From the NCBI GenBank assembly GCA_902582695.1, contig CACHTH010000004.1, positions 4,064 to 68,063 on the forward strand: a stretch of DNA of 64,000 nucleotides, written 5' to 3'. Below, one piece after another: positions 1-9,465 of the stretch. The notes beneath the pieces were generated by a model, which was given only the letters and a program-made list of their open reading frames with translations, made no database searches and had not been told where the DNA came from. The number at the start of each line of letters is the position of its first letter. The stretch's first letter is position 1. This DNA is from an uncultured Candidatus Actinomarina sp. Lineage in GTDB: Bacteria > Actinomycetota > Acidimicrobiia > Actinomarinales > Actinomarinaceae. A program made the translations under genes and the position numbers.

Positions 1-851
1 TTCCATGTTGAGTCTGTAAACATAAATTTATATAAGCCAAATGCAACATTGTCAGGTTTTTTTCCAATCATTTCGGCTGGATTCATGTCCGACATATTGC
101 TAAAAAGGTGATTTATGCCAAAACGATCATCCGTAGTATCTTTTAAAGCCTCATATTTTTTTATATTCTGCTCAATTATTTTTTTCTCTGTAAAGATCAA
201 ATCCTTATCAACTTTTCTCTCCATCAGAGGCCGTACTTGCAAAAGCAGTGGAGAAGAATTGTTATTCAGAACCATTTCAATGTCTAAATGTTTGTTCCCA
301 AATAAATCTTCTAATTTTGTCAGAATATTTAGATATATAGAATATTCATCATATTTTTTTGGTAACTTGTTTATTGATCTATGAACATAAAAATTTTTAA
401 TCTGATTGTACTTTCCAGATGTAACAGCATCAGTTTCTGGACCATTATAAATTGAAAATGATCTGTAAAGAGAGTCTGTCCCAACCTTAAAAGATGTAAG
501 CACAGATACGCTTCTTGCATTTTTTACATAATCTTGCAAAATCACGGTCTGATTCACATCTTTTTCGTAGCTATTTAACACTTGATTCCATGATTCTTTA
601 ATATCATTTATTCTTTTCTTGCTGATTGGTCCGATGGAAATATATTTACCTGCATTAGAAGAGCTCTCTAAGTCTTCATTAGAACTATTGCTTCTTATCA
701 TTATTTCTTCTGAAAAATCATTAAGAATCTCGTTAATATTTTCTAAATCTTTCAAAGAAAGCTCTCTAAAGTATGGAATTTCTATATCCGTATGGTTTGC
801 CACAAACTCTAGGTTTTTAGCTTTATTACCATAATTTATTTGATCATCCAT
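1..851 (-). CDS. PEP/pyruvate-binding (PpsA/PPDK N-terminal ATP-grasp-like) domain protein; C-terminal part lies beyond the left window edge
   Basis: Not in the ORF track because it runs off the edge. My translation of the minus strand from ATG 851..849 is MDDQINYGNKAKNLEFVANH...IMIRSNSSNEDLESSSNAGKY...SDMNPAEMIGKKPDN, open down to position 3. GNKAKNL and RSNSSNED..S.AG resemble the GGKaaNL and VRSSa.ED..SfAG motifs of PPDK_N domains. The + strand ORFs 115..384 and 619..834 are low-complexity antisense artefacts. Confidence 0.6.
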   Translation of the reverse strand, partial: MDDQINYGNKAKNLEFVANHTDIEIPYFRELSLKDLENINEILNDFSEEIMIRSNSSNEDLESSSNAGKYISIGPISKKRINDIKESWNQVLNSYEKDVNQTVILQDYVKNARSVSVLTSFKVGTDSLYRSFSIYNGPETDAVTSGKYNQIKNFYVHRSINKLPKKYDEYSIYLNILTKLEDLFGNKHLDIEMVLNNNSSPLLLQVRPLMERKVDKDLIFTEKKIIEQNIKKYEALKDTTDDRFGINHLFSNMSDMNPAEMIGKKPDNVAFGLYKFMFTDSTW

Positions 852-857
852 TTTCAC

Positions 858-2213
858 CTATTTGTTTACTGACTCCAAAGCTACTTGAACTTTTTCAGAC
901 GGAAATTCATAGTCAACCATCTCTCCACTTAAAAAGTTTTCATAAGCTTTCATATCAAAGTGACCATGTCCACACATTGCTGTCAATACAGCAATACTTT
1001 CAGAATTTTGGTCGGCATCTTTCACTGCCCTAATTGCTGACGCAATTGCATGAGTTGCTTCAGGAGCGGGAACTATGCCTTCTGTCTTAGCAAATAGTTG
1101 ACCAGCCTCGAAACACTCTTTTTGTCCTATTGCTTCTGCTTCGATTAATTTCTCTTCATACATTGCACTGACTAAAGGTGCCATTCCGTGGTATCTTAAA
1201 CCTCCAGCATGAATTGGATCAGGCACAAAAGAATGACCAAGGGTATGCATTTTGACTACGGGGGCCATTCCTACTGAATCCCCAAAATCATATGCATACG
1301 TTCCCTTAGTCAAAGATGGACAAGCCTGTGGCTCAACAGCTCTAATAATCGTAGACTTGTTATTTTGTATATTTTCTCTAGCAAAAGGTGTAAAAAGACC
1401 GGCAAAGTTAGAACCACCGCCAGTACAGCCAACTATTACATCTGGATAGTCGTCAGCCAGTGCCAATTGTTTTAGGGCTTCTTCTCCAATAATGGTTTGA
1501 TGCATTAGGACGTGATTCAACACACTTCCTAGTGCGTATCTTGTTTTTTCATCTTTTGCTGCAACTTCAATAGCTTCTGAAATTGCAATACCAAGACTTC
1601 CAGGAGTTTCAGGGTCTTCCGAAAGAAACTTTTTACCAATATCTGTTCTTTCAGACGGGCTTGAATATACCTTTGCGCCGTATATCTCCATCATGGTCTT
1701 CCTGTAAGGTTTTGCTAAGTATGATGCAGCTACTTGAAACACCTCTAATTCAATTCCAAAGGCCTGGCATGCAAAAGCCAAAGCAGAACCCCACTGACCA
1801 GCTCCTGTTTCCGTAACTATTTTTGTAACACCTTCTTCCGCGTTATAAAACGCTTGGGGGATTGCAGTGTTAGGTTTATGCGAGCCAGACGGGGATCCAC
1901 CTTCGTATTTGTAATATATTCTTGATTTTGTACCTAGAGCTTTTTCAAGTCGAACTGCTCTAAATAAAGGGGAAGGTCTATAAAGCTTATATAAATCTAA
2001 AACAGGCTTTGGTATATCTATAAAAGAATCTTGAGACACTTCTTGTAAAATCAAACCCATTGGAAATAAGGGAGCTAAATCCTCTGGACCAATTGGCTCC
2101 ATCGTTTGGGGATTCAACGGTGGTGGTAGTGGATTTGGTAAATCCGGAATGATGTTGTACCACTGTGTTGGCATCTCAGATTCTGATAATAAAAATTTAT
2201 ATTGTTCGCTCAT
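858..2213 (-). CDS. TrpB-like PLP-dependent enzyme (tryptophan synthase beta, TrpB2 type)
   Basis: 451-aa ORF with a GSHKPNTA PLP-lysine motif and a CTGGGSNFAG phosphate-binding loop. The long N-terminal extension is typical of TrpB2 rather than canonical TrpB. AGGAGG lies 6 nt before the ATG. The stop is 6 nt from the next minus-strand start. Confidence 0.85.
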   Translation of the reverse strand: MSEQYKFLLSESEMPTQWYNIIPDLPNPLPPPLNPQTMEPIGPEDLAPLFPMGLILQEVSQDSFIDIPKPVLDLYKLYRPSPLFRAVRLEKALGTKSRIYYKYEGGSPSGSHKPNTAIPQAFYNAEEGVTKIVTETGAGQWGSALAFACQAFGIELEVFQVAASYLAKPYRKTMMEIYGAKVYSSPSERTDIGKKFLSEDPETPGSLGIAISEAIEVAAKDEKTRYALGSVLNHVLMHQTIIGEEALKQLALADDYPDVIVGCTGGGSNFAGLFTPFARENIQNNKSTIIRAVEPQACPSLTKGTYAYDFGDSVGMAPVVKMHTLGHSFVPDPIHAGGLRYHGMAPLVSAMYEEKLIEAEAIGQKECFEAGQLFAKTEGIVPAPEATHAIASAIRAVKDADQNSESIAVLTAMCGHGHFDMKAYENFLSGEMVDYEFPSEKVQVALESVNK

Positions 2214-2223
2214 TGTTCCTCCT

Positions 2224-2252
2224 AAAATAAAAAAACCGGGCTGTGCCCGGCT
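2224..2252 (-). terminator. Intrinsic terminator / attenuator hairpin in the trpB2 leader
   Basis: Minus-strand RNA reads AGCCGGGC-ACA-GCCCGGUU followed by UUUUUUUAUUUU, then AGGAGG and the start codon. One stem position is a G-U pair only in the minus-strand transcript. No minus-strand gene lies upstream that it could terminate. Confidence 0.6.
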
Positions 2253-2278
2253 TTAGAAAACAACATAGAACTAGGCAC

Positions 2279-2323
2279 CTACATATGTAGCGTCCACCAG
2301 TTCCAGTTTGTTACTTTATACAT
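2279..2323 (-). CDS. Putative Trp-rich leader peptide, 14 aa (MYKVTNWNWWTLHM)
   Basis: Read by eye on the minus strand: ATG TAT AAA GTA ACA AAC TGG AAC TGG TGG ACG CTA CAT ATG TAG. Three TGG codons fall within 4 codons, in the leader of a TrpB-type gene and upstream of a terminator hairpin. There is no clear SD. Confidence 0.5.
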   Translation of the reverse strand: MYKVTNWNWWTLHM

Positions 2324-2390
2324 TGTTATTAATGTAGATGTTTTTTTTAAAATTTCAAAATTATAATTGTAAATTTTTTGTTAACAGAAA

Positions 2391-3164
2391 ATGTCGAAAT
2401 ATCAATATATCCATTCACAATCTAGTATTGGGTTCATGAATAAAATAATTCACTCTATTGATTTAACAAAAATTTATGGTGAAAAAGAAACAAGCGTCAC
2501 GGCATTAGACAAAATTAATGTCGAGTTTAAAGAAAACGAATTTACAGCAATCATGGGTCCATCCGGCTCAGGAAAGTCAACATTACTCCATTGTTTAGCG
2601 GGATTAGACAGACCAACATCTGGTCAGATATTTCTAAAAGAAGATGACATATCTACTTTAAATGATAAACAATTAACAAAAATTAGACGAGACAGCTTTG
2701 GGTTCGTATTTCAGGCTTTTAACCTAATCCCAACTTTAACTGCTGAAGAAAACATTACATTACCAGCATCTATTGCTGGAAGAAAACCAGATATGGACTG
2801 GGTAAAACAAGTAGTTGAAACAGTAGATATAGGAGACAGGCTAACACACAGGCCTAATGAATTATCCGGAGGACAGCAACAGAGAGTAGCAGCTGCTAGA
2901 GCCATGGCTACAAAACCTGAAGTAATTTTTGCAGATGAGCCATCAGGAAATTTAGATTCAAAATCAAGCAAAGAACTTTTAAGTTTTATGAAGTCCGTAG
3001 TTGATGAGCTTAACCAGACAATCATCATGGTTACACACGATCCCTACGCTGCTTCCTACGCCAATAGAGTAATAATGCTTAAAGATGGAAGAATTGCTAG
3101 TGACTTGGACCAACCAACACAAGAAGAAATTGTTGCAGAGGTTACGGCTTTAACTAACATCTAA
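2391..3164 (+). CDS. ABC transporter ATP-binding protein (MacB/LolD type)
   Basis: Walker [10 protein letters not shown], signature LSGGQQQR, Walker B IFADEPSGNLD. The true start may be the internal ATG at 2436 (MNKIIHSIDL...). The stop overlaps the next start (TAATG). Confidence 0.9.
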   Translation: MSKYQYIHSQSSIGFMNKIIHSIDLTKIYGEKETSVTALDKINVEFKENEFTAIMGPSGSGKSTLLHCLAGLDRPTSGQIFLKEDDISTLNDKQLTKIRRDSFGFVFQAFNLIPTLTAEENITLPASIAGRKPDMDWVKQVVETVDIGDRLTHRPNELSGGQQQRVAAARAMATKPEVIFADEPSGNLDSKSSKELLSFMKSVVDELNQTIIMVTHDPYAASYANRVIMLKDGRIASDLDQPTQEEIVAEVTALTNI

Positions 3165-5779
3165 TGTTTGGATTTACAAAGCGCCCGCTTTTCCTGTTAG
3201 CCTGGAAAAATTTAAAAACCTATCCAGTCAGAATATTTTTAACAACTTCATCAATCATTCTCGGCGTCGCAGTCATTATTGCTTCAAATATTTTTTCGGA
3301 AAGCAATAAATCCGCATTCGACAACCTATTCTCAGGAATTTATGAGGGAGTCGACTTAGTAGTACAGCCAATACAGGAAGATTTTGCTGAGGGTTTTAGT
3401 GGCGACGGTGGACAAGGACCAATCTCTTTTGAAGTTAAAAAAATACCCGATGAAAGAATTGAGGAAATTTCAAATTTACCAAGTGTAAAAGCTGCTTGGG
3501 GTGAAGTATTGGGTTTTGCTCAGTTCATAAAAATTGTAGATGGAGAAACAGTATTAATCTCTAACGGGTTTGCTCCTACATTTGGTGCTGCTTGGGATAG
3601 CAACCCTTATGCACAGCAATGGTCTTTAGTAGAAGGAGAACCTCCAACTAATACAAAAGAAGTTGTTATGGATGTTGTAACTGCTGAAAATCATGACTTT
3701 ACAGTTGGAGATAGAGTAACAGTTTTGGCTGGTGCAACTCCTGCGTCATTTACGATTGTTGGAATTGCAGAGTTTGCTAATGTTGGTGCTCCAGGAGGCG
3801 CAACCTTTGCTCTATTTGAATTTAGAACTGCTCAAAAATTACTAGATTCGAGAGGAGAGGTGGATCTAATTAATGTAGTGATTGAAAATAATTTTGATAT
3901 AAATGATGTGAAAACTGAAATAACAAACTTAGATTCAGAAAATTTAAATGTAATAAATGCTCAAGAAGCTGCAGCTGAACAAGCTGATTCTATCAAGCAA
4001 GGTCTTGATTTCTTCAATACAATACTTAATGTATTTGCTGGTATCGCAATATTTGTTGGTGCTTTTATCATTCAAAATACATTTAGAATTCTTTTGCTTC
4101 AAAGAACAAAAGAACTTTCGCTACTTAGAGCTCTAGGCACATCAAAAAGACAAATTTACAGATTAGTAATTTCTGAATCTCTGTTTATGTCTGTAATTGG
4201 ATCTGGTCTGGGCATTGCTTTAGGAATTGGGTTAGCTGTTGCAGTGAAAGAAGGATTGCAATATTTTGAGTTTGGATTACCAGACGGACCACTAGTTTTA
4301 ACAACAGAAGCTGCAATAACAGGATTAATTATTGGAATAACTGTTACAATTTTTTCCTCTTTACTTCCAGCTAGGAAAGCCTCTCAAGTAAGTCCAATGG
4401 AAGCGATTAGAGACAGTGTTTCAACACCTAGAAGGAAATCCTTATTTATTAGATTAGTTATTGGTTCGCTCATTTCTGTCGCTGGGTTTGGAATGTTATT
4501 TGGTGTTTTGTACGATTTCTTAGACCTACCGACCTTGTCCTCTCTGCAACAAGTAGGTTTTGGTGCAGGCGTAATTTTTATTGGAATCTCTGTAATAACC
4601 CCATCGATTACAAAACCTTTTGTTTTTCTTTTTGATAAAGTTTATAACTTAGTTTTTGGAATTCTTGGTAAATTGGCTACAGAAAATTCAAAAAGAACAC
4701 CAAGAAGAACTGCTTCAACTGCATCAGCTTTAATGATTGGATTAACTTTAATATCTTTAGCAAATGTTATAACGACTTCATTCAAGGCACAGGCAGAGTC
4801 TCTAATAAGTGAGGTAATACTTGCTGACTATCAAGTAAGTGCTTCTAATGTGTTTGTTTCACCGGGAATTCCGACAGGATTATCGGAAGAGCTTTTAGAC
4901 CTAGATGAAGTAACAAAACTTTCTAGAACAAGAGCTACTGTTGTGGGCTACAACCAAAGACCCCTTATTCTTGGTGCCGTTGACGAAACTGTCTTTGATC
5001 TTGTAAAAACAGACGATATATCTGGAAATAGAAAAGACTTCCTTAAAAAAGATGCAATAGGAATACTTAAACAAACAGCGGAAAGAGAAGAACTCTTTAT
5101 AGGAGATGAGGTTATATTAACAATTCCTGAAGAAGGAGAAAGAACTTTTACTGTCACCTATATTTTTGACTGGACCACTCAACCACCGGCTGAATTTTTT
5201 GTACTTCTTGAAAATAATACTTTTTTTGCTGACGAATCACTTGATACAGAATTGTACTTCAATGTAAATAAAAAAACTCCTGAACTAGAGGAGAAAATAA
5301 ATGCGATTGTTGATGAATACCCTGGCGTTGAAGTAAGAGATGAAGACGGGCTTGTTGAAGAAGCAAATAATCAAATCCAATTACTTTTGAATGTAATTTA
5401 TGGATTCCTTTCCATATCCATTTTTGTAGCTCTATTTGGTATCACAAACACACTCTCTTTATCGGTGTATGAAAGAACAAGAGAAATAGGGTTAATGAGG
5501 GCAATCGGAACTTATAGAAAACAAATACGAAGAATGATTTTTATTGAGTCTTCTATTATTTCAATATTTGGTGCAGCTCTAGGTACAGGATTAGGAATAT
5601 TTTTTGCTTGGAGCTTGATTCAGACATTAGCCGACGAAGGATTTACTGTATTTGCTGTTTCCATTGAGCAAACATTTTTGTGGATTGGTATTGCAATAAT
5701 TGCGGGAGTAATTGCAGCAATACTTCCTGCTATTAGGGCAGCAAGACAAAACATACTCGAAGCTATCTCCTACGAGTAA
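3164..5779 (+). CDS. ABC transporter permease, FtsX-like, two-module (871 aa)
   Basis: Two FtsX-type 4-TM modules (around aa 290-410 and 750-870), each preceded by a large soluble region. Translationally coupled to the ATPase. Confidence 0.85.
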   Translation: MFGFTKRPLFLLAWKNLKTYPVRIFLTTSSIILGVAVIIASNIFSESNKSAFDNLFSGIYEGVDLVVQPIQEDFAEGFSGDGGQGPISFEVKKIPDERIEEISNLPSVKAAWGEVLGFAQFIKIVDGETVLISNGFAPTFGAAWDSNPYAQQWSLVEGEPPTNTKEVVMDVVTAENHDFTVGDRVTVLAGATPASFTIVGIAEFANVGAPGGATFALFEFRTAQKLLDSRGEVDLINVVIENNFDINDVKTEITNLDSENLNVINAQEAAAEQADSIKQGLDFFNTILNVFAGIAIFVGAFIIQNTFRILLLQRTKELSLLRALGTSKRQIYRLVISESLFMSVIGSGLGIALGIGLAVAVKEGLQYFEFGLPDGPLVLTTEAAITGLIIGITVTIFSSLLPARKASQVSPMEAIRDSVSTPRRKSLFIRLVIGSLISVAGFGMLFGVLYDFLDLPTLSSLQQVGFGAGVIFIGISVITPSITKPFVFLFDKVYNLVFGILGKLATENSKRTPRRTASTASALMIGLTLISLANVITTSFKAQAESLISEVILADYQVSASNVFVSPGIPTGLSEELLDLDEVTKLSRTRATVVGYNQRPLILGAVDETVFDLVKTDDISGNRKDFLKKDAIGILKQTAEREELFIGDEVILTIPEEGERTFTVTYIFDWTTQPPAEFFVLLENNTFFADESLDTELYFNVNKKTPELEEKINAIVDEYPGVEVRDEDGLVEEANNQIQLLLNVIYGFLSISIFVALFGITNTLSLSVYERTREIGLMRAIGTYRKQIRRMIFIESSIISIFGAALGTGLGIFFAWSLIQTLADEGFTVFAVSIEQTFLWIGIAIIAGVIAAILPAIRAARQNILEAISYE

Positions 5780-5805
5780 ATATTTTTTAACCTTACAATA
5801 TTCCT

Positions 5806-7104
5806 ATGGCTCAAGATGAAATAATAAAGTTATTATCAGAAATGGTTGAGATAAAATCTATTAGCTCTGATAAAAACCATAGGGATGACGTTGATGCTTC
5901 AGCACAATTTGTGCAAAACTTGTTTGCAGATCTTGGATTAAACACTCAAGTCATCAAGGTTGCAGGGGGAATGCCAGCAGTGTTATCCCACACAGAAATT
6001 GATCCTTCTAAAAAAACTGTGCTTCTTTATGCTCACCACGACGTACAACCAGTGGGGGATGTAGATTTGTGGGACACCGAACCATTTGATCCTGTAGTAA
6101 AAGATGGAAGACTTTATGGTAGAGGTTCGGGTGATAACAAATCAGGTGTTGTCGTTCATTACAACGTAGTAAAAAAACTCTTAGAAGATCTACCAGTGAA
6201 TATTCGTATTTTTATTGAGGGCGAAGAAGAGATTGGCTCTCCTACCATGTCTGATTTTATTGAACAAAATCGAGAAGAATTAGAAGCAGATGTTATAGTT
6301 ATCGCTGATTCGGCAAATGTAAAAATAGGCGTACCAACTATCACAACTACACTAAGAGGTTTGGTCGATGGATTTATTGAAGTCAACCAACCAATGAGAC
6401 CTGTACATTCTGGAATGGGAGGTGGAATTGTTCCTGATGCTTTTATGGTCCTTAGTAAGATAATTGCATCTTTTCATGATGACAAAGGTAATTTACAAAT
6501 TGAAGGCTTAACACCAACTGATATGAATGTTGCAGAGCTTGATGAATCTTATACAAAAAAAATGCTTGGTTCAGAAGAGATAAATCTATTTGATGCTGAA
6601 AGCATTTCAAAAAGACTTTGGTTAGAACCAGCATTAGATGTATTAGCTATTGATGCACCAGCAGTTAAAGATGCTGTGAATTTAGTTATTCCTAAAGCTA
6701 GCGCAAAAATTAGCCTCAGACTTCCCCCAACTGAAGACCCAGAGCATGCTATGAAAATGCTTGAAAAGCATGTAATGAAAAATATTCCATGGAATGCTTC
6801 TGTTAAATTTATTCCAAACTCCAAAGGTTCAGGTGTAGTTGCAGATCCCAATAAACCATTTACGAAAGAATTAGTTAATAGCTTTAATTCAATCTGGGAA
6901 AATGAGACTGCTTACATAGGTGTTGGTGGATCAATACCTTTTGCTAATGATTTTGTTAGAGAGTTTCCTAATGCAGAATTGGTACTTGTTGGCGCTGCAG
7001 ATGAAGAACTAGGAAATGCACATGCACCAAATGAAAGTGTCCAAATTGACCATATTGAAATGCTCATAGAAAGTCTCGTACAAACTTTAAAAAATATTTC
7101 TTAA
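5806..7104 (+). CDS. M20 family metallopeptidase (dipeptidase / ArgE-DapE-like)
   Basis: YAHHDVQP, WDTEPF and GRGSGDNKSG motifs, followed by EGEEEIGS, typical of M20 metal-binding sites. Confidence 0.8.
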   Translation: MAQDEIIKLLSEMVEIKSISSDKNHRDDVDASAQFVQNLFADLGLNTQVIKVAGGMPAVLSHTEIDPSKKTVLLYAHHDVQPVGDVDLWDTEPFDPVVKDGRLYGRGSGDNKSGVVVHYNVVKKLLEDLPVNIRIFIEGEEEIGSPTMSDFIEQNREELEADVIVIADSANVKIGVPTITTTLRGLVDGFIEVNQPMRPVHSGMGGGIVPDAFMVLSKIIASFHDDKGNLQIEGLTPTDMNVAELDESYTKKMLGSEEINLFDAESISKRLWLEPALDVLAIDAPAVKDAVNLVIPKASAKISLRLPPTEDPEHAMKMLEKHVMKNIPWNASVKFIPNSKGSGVVADPNKPFTKELVNSFNSIWENETAYIGVGGSIPFANDFVREFPNAELVLVGAADEELGNAHAPNESVQIDHIEMLIESLVQTLKNIS

Positions 7105-7109
7105 TTTTT

Positions 7110-8141
7110 ATGGAAATAGGTATAGATTCATTTGCAAAAAAAACTCAAACTAATGAAGGTGGCACTGTTCAGGACGATGCTCGTGCTATGTCTGAGCTAA
7201 TTGAGAGAATAGTCCATGCAGACAAAGTAGGTTTAGATGTTTTTGGTCTTGGAGAACACCACAGAGAAGAGTTTTTAGATTCAGCAGCACATAATATACT
7301 TTCTGCTGCAGCGGCAAAGACAGAAAATATAAGGCTAACAAGCGCAGTCGCAGTAATAAGTGCAATGGATCCAGTTAGGTTGTTTCAAAATTATGCAACA
7401 TTAGATTTAATTTCAAACGGTAGAGCCGAGATAGTCGCAGGAAGAGGTTCTTTTACAGAAGCATTTCCTCTTTTTGGCTTAGATTTTAATGATTATGATG
7501 AGCTCTATGCCGAAAAGCTTGACCTTTTATTAAAAATAAGAGATGAGAACGGAGTCACTTGGTCTGGAAAATTTAGACCTCCTCTAGAAAATCAGACTGT
7601 GTATCCAAGACCTTTGCAAGATAAAATGCCTGTATGGGTTGGAGTTGGTGGAACACCAGCTTCTTTTGTAAGAGCAGGAGCACTCGGACTTCCTTTAATG
7701 GTTGCAGTAATTGGTGGGGAAACTCATAGATTCAGACCTTTAATAGATCTATATTACGAAGCTGCAGAAAAAGCAGGCCATGATAAAGCCTCTCTAAAAG
7801 TAGGTCTTCATTCACTCGGATTTGTAGCAAACTCAAAAGAGGAAGCTATCGAGAGATATTATCCAGGATATAGAATTTGGTTTAATCAAATTGGAAAAGA
7901 GCGTGGCTGGCCACCAGTTACTATGGAGAGGTTCGAGCAACAAATCGGCGACTTGGGTGCATATGTTATTGGTGGACCAGAGGAAGTAGCAGAAAAATTA
8001 GTTAGACATAGTGAAGCTTTAGGAGGCTTATCTCGTTTTACTTTTCAGATTGATAACGCAGGTCTCACACATGAAGATTTAATGGAAACTTATACATTGA
8101 TTGGAGAAAAAGTAAAACCTTTAGTTTTAGAGAGACTCTAA
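7110..8141 (+). CDS. LLM-class (luciferase-like) flavin-dependent oxidoreductase
   Basis: 343 aa. The N-terminal MEIGIDSF...GLDVFGLGEHH and the TIM-barrel-like pattern are typical of the LLM family. Confidence 0.75.
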   Translation: MEIGIDSFAKKTQTNEGGTVQDDARAMSELIERIVHADKVGLDVFGLGEHHREEFLDSAAHNILSAAAAKTENIRLTSAVAVISAMDPVRLFQNYATLDLISNGRAEIVAGRGSFTEAFPLFGLDFNDYDELYAEKLDLLLKIRDENGVTWSGKFRPPLENQTVYPRPLQDKMPVWVGVGGTPASFVRAGALGLPLMVAVIGGETHRFRPLIDLYYEAAEKAGHDKASLKVGLHSLGFVANSKEEAIERYYPGYRIWFNQIGKERGWPPVTMERFEQQIGDLGAYVIGGPEEVAEKLVRHSEALGGLSRFTFQIDNAGLTHEDLMETYTLIGEKVKPLVLERL

Positions 8142-8753
8142 ATAATCAGGTAAATCAATATCAGCAGAATGATTTTTATCAACTTCTGGTGTTACAAATT
8201 TAGTTTCTACAGGTACTACTCCTGACCAAATTGGAAGGGTTTTATCTGACTCTTCTTCTTTAGGCATACCAGTGCGCTGTTTTAGTGAAAATTCATCAAT
8301 TGTAAATTCAAGCATTGCAGTTTGCAGCCATTCATTTTTTGTAGGCTTTCTTGCATCTTCAAACCTTCCTTTAAAAAATCTATCAACCATATTTTCAAAA
8401 GCAGCATACATAACTGTTTCATCACTAATTCTTTTAGTATTACCAAACACAACTGCTGACTGATAATTCATAGAAGAATGGAAAAGACTTTTAGATAAAA
8501 CTATTCCATGAACACCTGTTGCAGACAACGTTACATTTGAATTATTTGACAATTCTTTAGTAATTCTTGAGCCAACAGCAGCATGAAGATAAATTTTTTC
8601 ATTATAAATTGCATGTAGCATTGGAATAGAAAAGACAGTTCCTTTCTGGTTAAACGACACAGTTACAAAATATGTTTTGTTCAAGAATGAAAAAAGTTCA
8701 TTTAGGTCATATGAAGCACGTTCTTTTAATCTTCTTACTTTAGATTTATCCAC
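8127..8753 (-). CDS. Pyridoxamine 5'-phosphate oxidase-fold FMN-binding protein
   Basis: 208 aa. Begins with a basic segment RRLKERASYD and then the split-barrel pattern (FVTVSF...GTVFSIPM...LHAAVGS) seen in Pyridox_ox_2-type proteins. Convergent 15-nt overlap with the LLM gene. Confidence 0.6.
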   Translation of the reverse strand: MDKSKVRRLKERASYDLNELFSFLNKTYFVTVSFNQKGTVFSIPMLHAIYNEKIYLHAAVGSRITKELSNNSNVTLSATGVHGIVLSKSLFHSSMNYQSAVVFGNTKRISDETVMYAAFENMVDRFFKGRFEDARKPTKNEWLQTAMLEFTIDEFSLKQRTGMPKEEESDKTLPIWSGVVPVETKFVTPEVDKNHSADIDLPDYLESL

Positions 8754-8906
8754 ACTTAAATAGTAAACAAATTGTTAACGGAAGCTATAAAATTTTGTAT
8801 TTTTAATACATCGACAAAGTTTACTTATTAGAATTGCCTTGTAATTTAAGGAAGTTAAATTGCATCACAATTAAATAAAGGGAGCTTATGGAAGGTAGGT
8901 TAACTA

Positions 8907-9452
8907 GTGAAAAAATTCTTTATACAAGATGATGTCTCTACAGCGAAAACATCATCAGTTCTATTCTTTATTTCTGGAGTAATAGCTTTCATACAACCAG
9001 ACATATTAGTTGTGAGAACATTAGCTAGTTTCCTTGGAGCTGTAGCAATAGCACAGATTGTACTCCTTGGGCCACAAATCATGGAAGACAGCATTCCTGA
9101 ATCTTGGAATACTGCAAACGCTATGATTGCTGCTGTTATTTTGCTAGATAATTTAATCGACACTGGTTTTGTCGCAAGAGAACTAGAAAATCCAATTGCA
9201 CGAGAACCAATATTTATATTTCTTAATTTTGCTTTTCTTGGATATGCATTCACGACTGAAGGTAATATGTCTAACGTATTCAGGTATATGATTATGTTTG
9301 GTGCTTCATCTTTTATTCTTGTTATTGGTGCGGAGTTCTTTTTTGGAGTTGAGATACCCGAGTCCTTTGACATAGTATTTTTGCCAGTGTTCTTTTCGTG
9401 GCTTATAGGAATTACAGCAGGAACTTATACAGCTTTTAGTAATAAAGAATAA
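8907..9452 (+). CDS. Small polytopic membrane protein, unknown function (paralogue A1)
   Basis: GTG start, 181 aa, about 4-5 hydrophobic segments. Paralogous to 9803..10339: shared MKKFFIQ, PESW..AMIAA, TTEG....FRY and a C-terminal NKE. Confidence 0.6.
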   Translation: MKKFFIQDDVSTAKTSSVLFFISGVIAFIQPDILVVRTLASFLGAVAIAQIVLLGPQIMEDSIPESWNTANAMIAAVILLDNLIDTGFVARELENPIAREPIFIFLNFAFLGYAFTTEGNMSNVFRYMIMFGASSFILVIGAEFFFGVEIPESFDIVFLPVFFSWLIGITAGTYTAFSNKE

Positions 9453-9465
9453 GGAAGGAGATAAT

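Noticed and set aside
115-834. The + strand ORFs 115..384 and 619..834
   Set aside because: Low-complexity Ser/Phe/Ile/Leu-rich translations lying antisense to a continuous minus-strand frame that has PPDK_N-type motifs.
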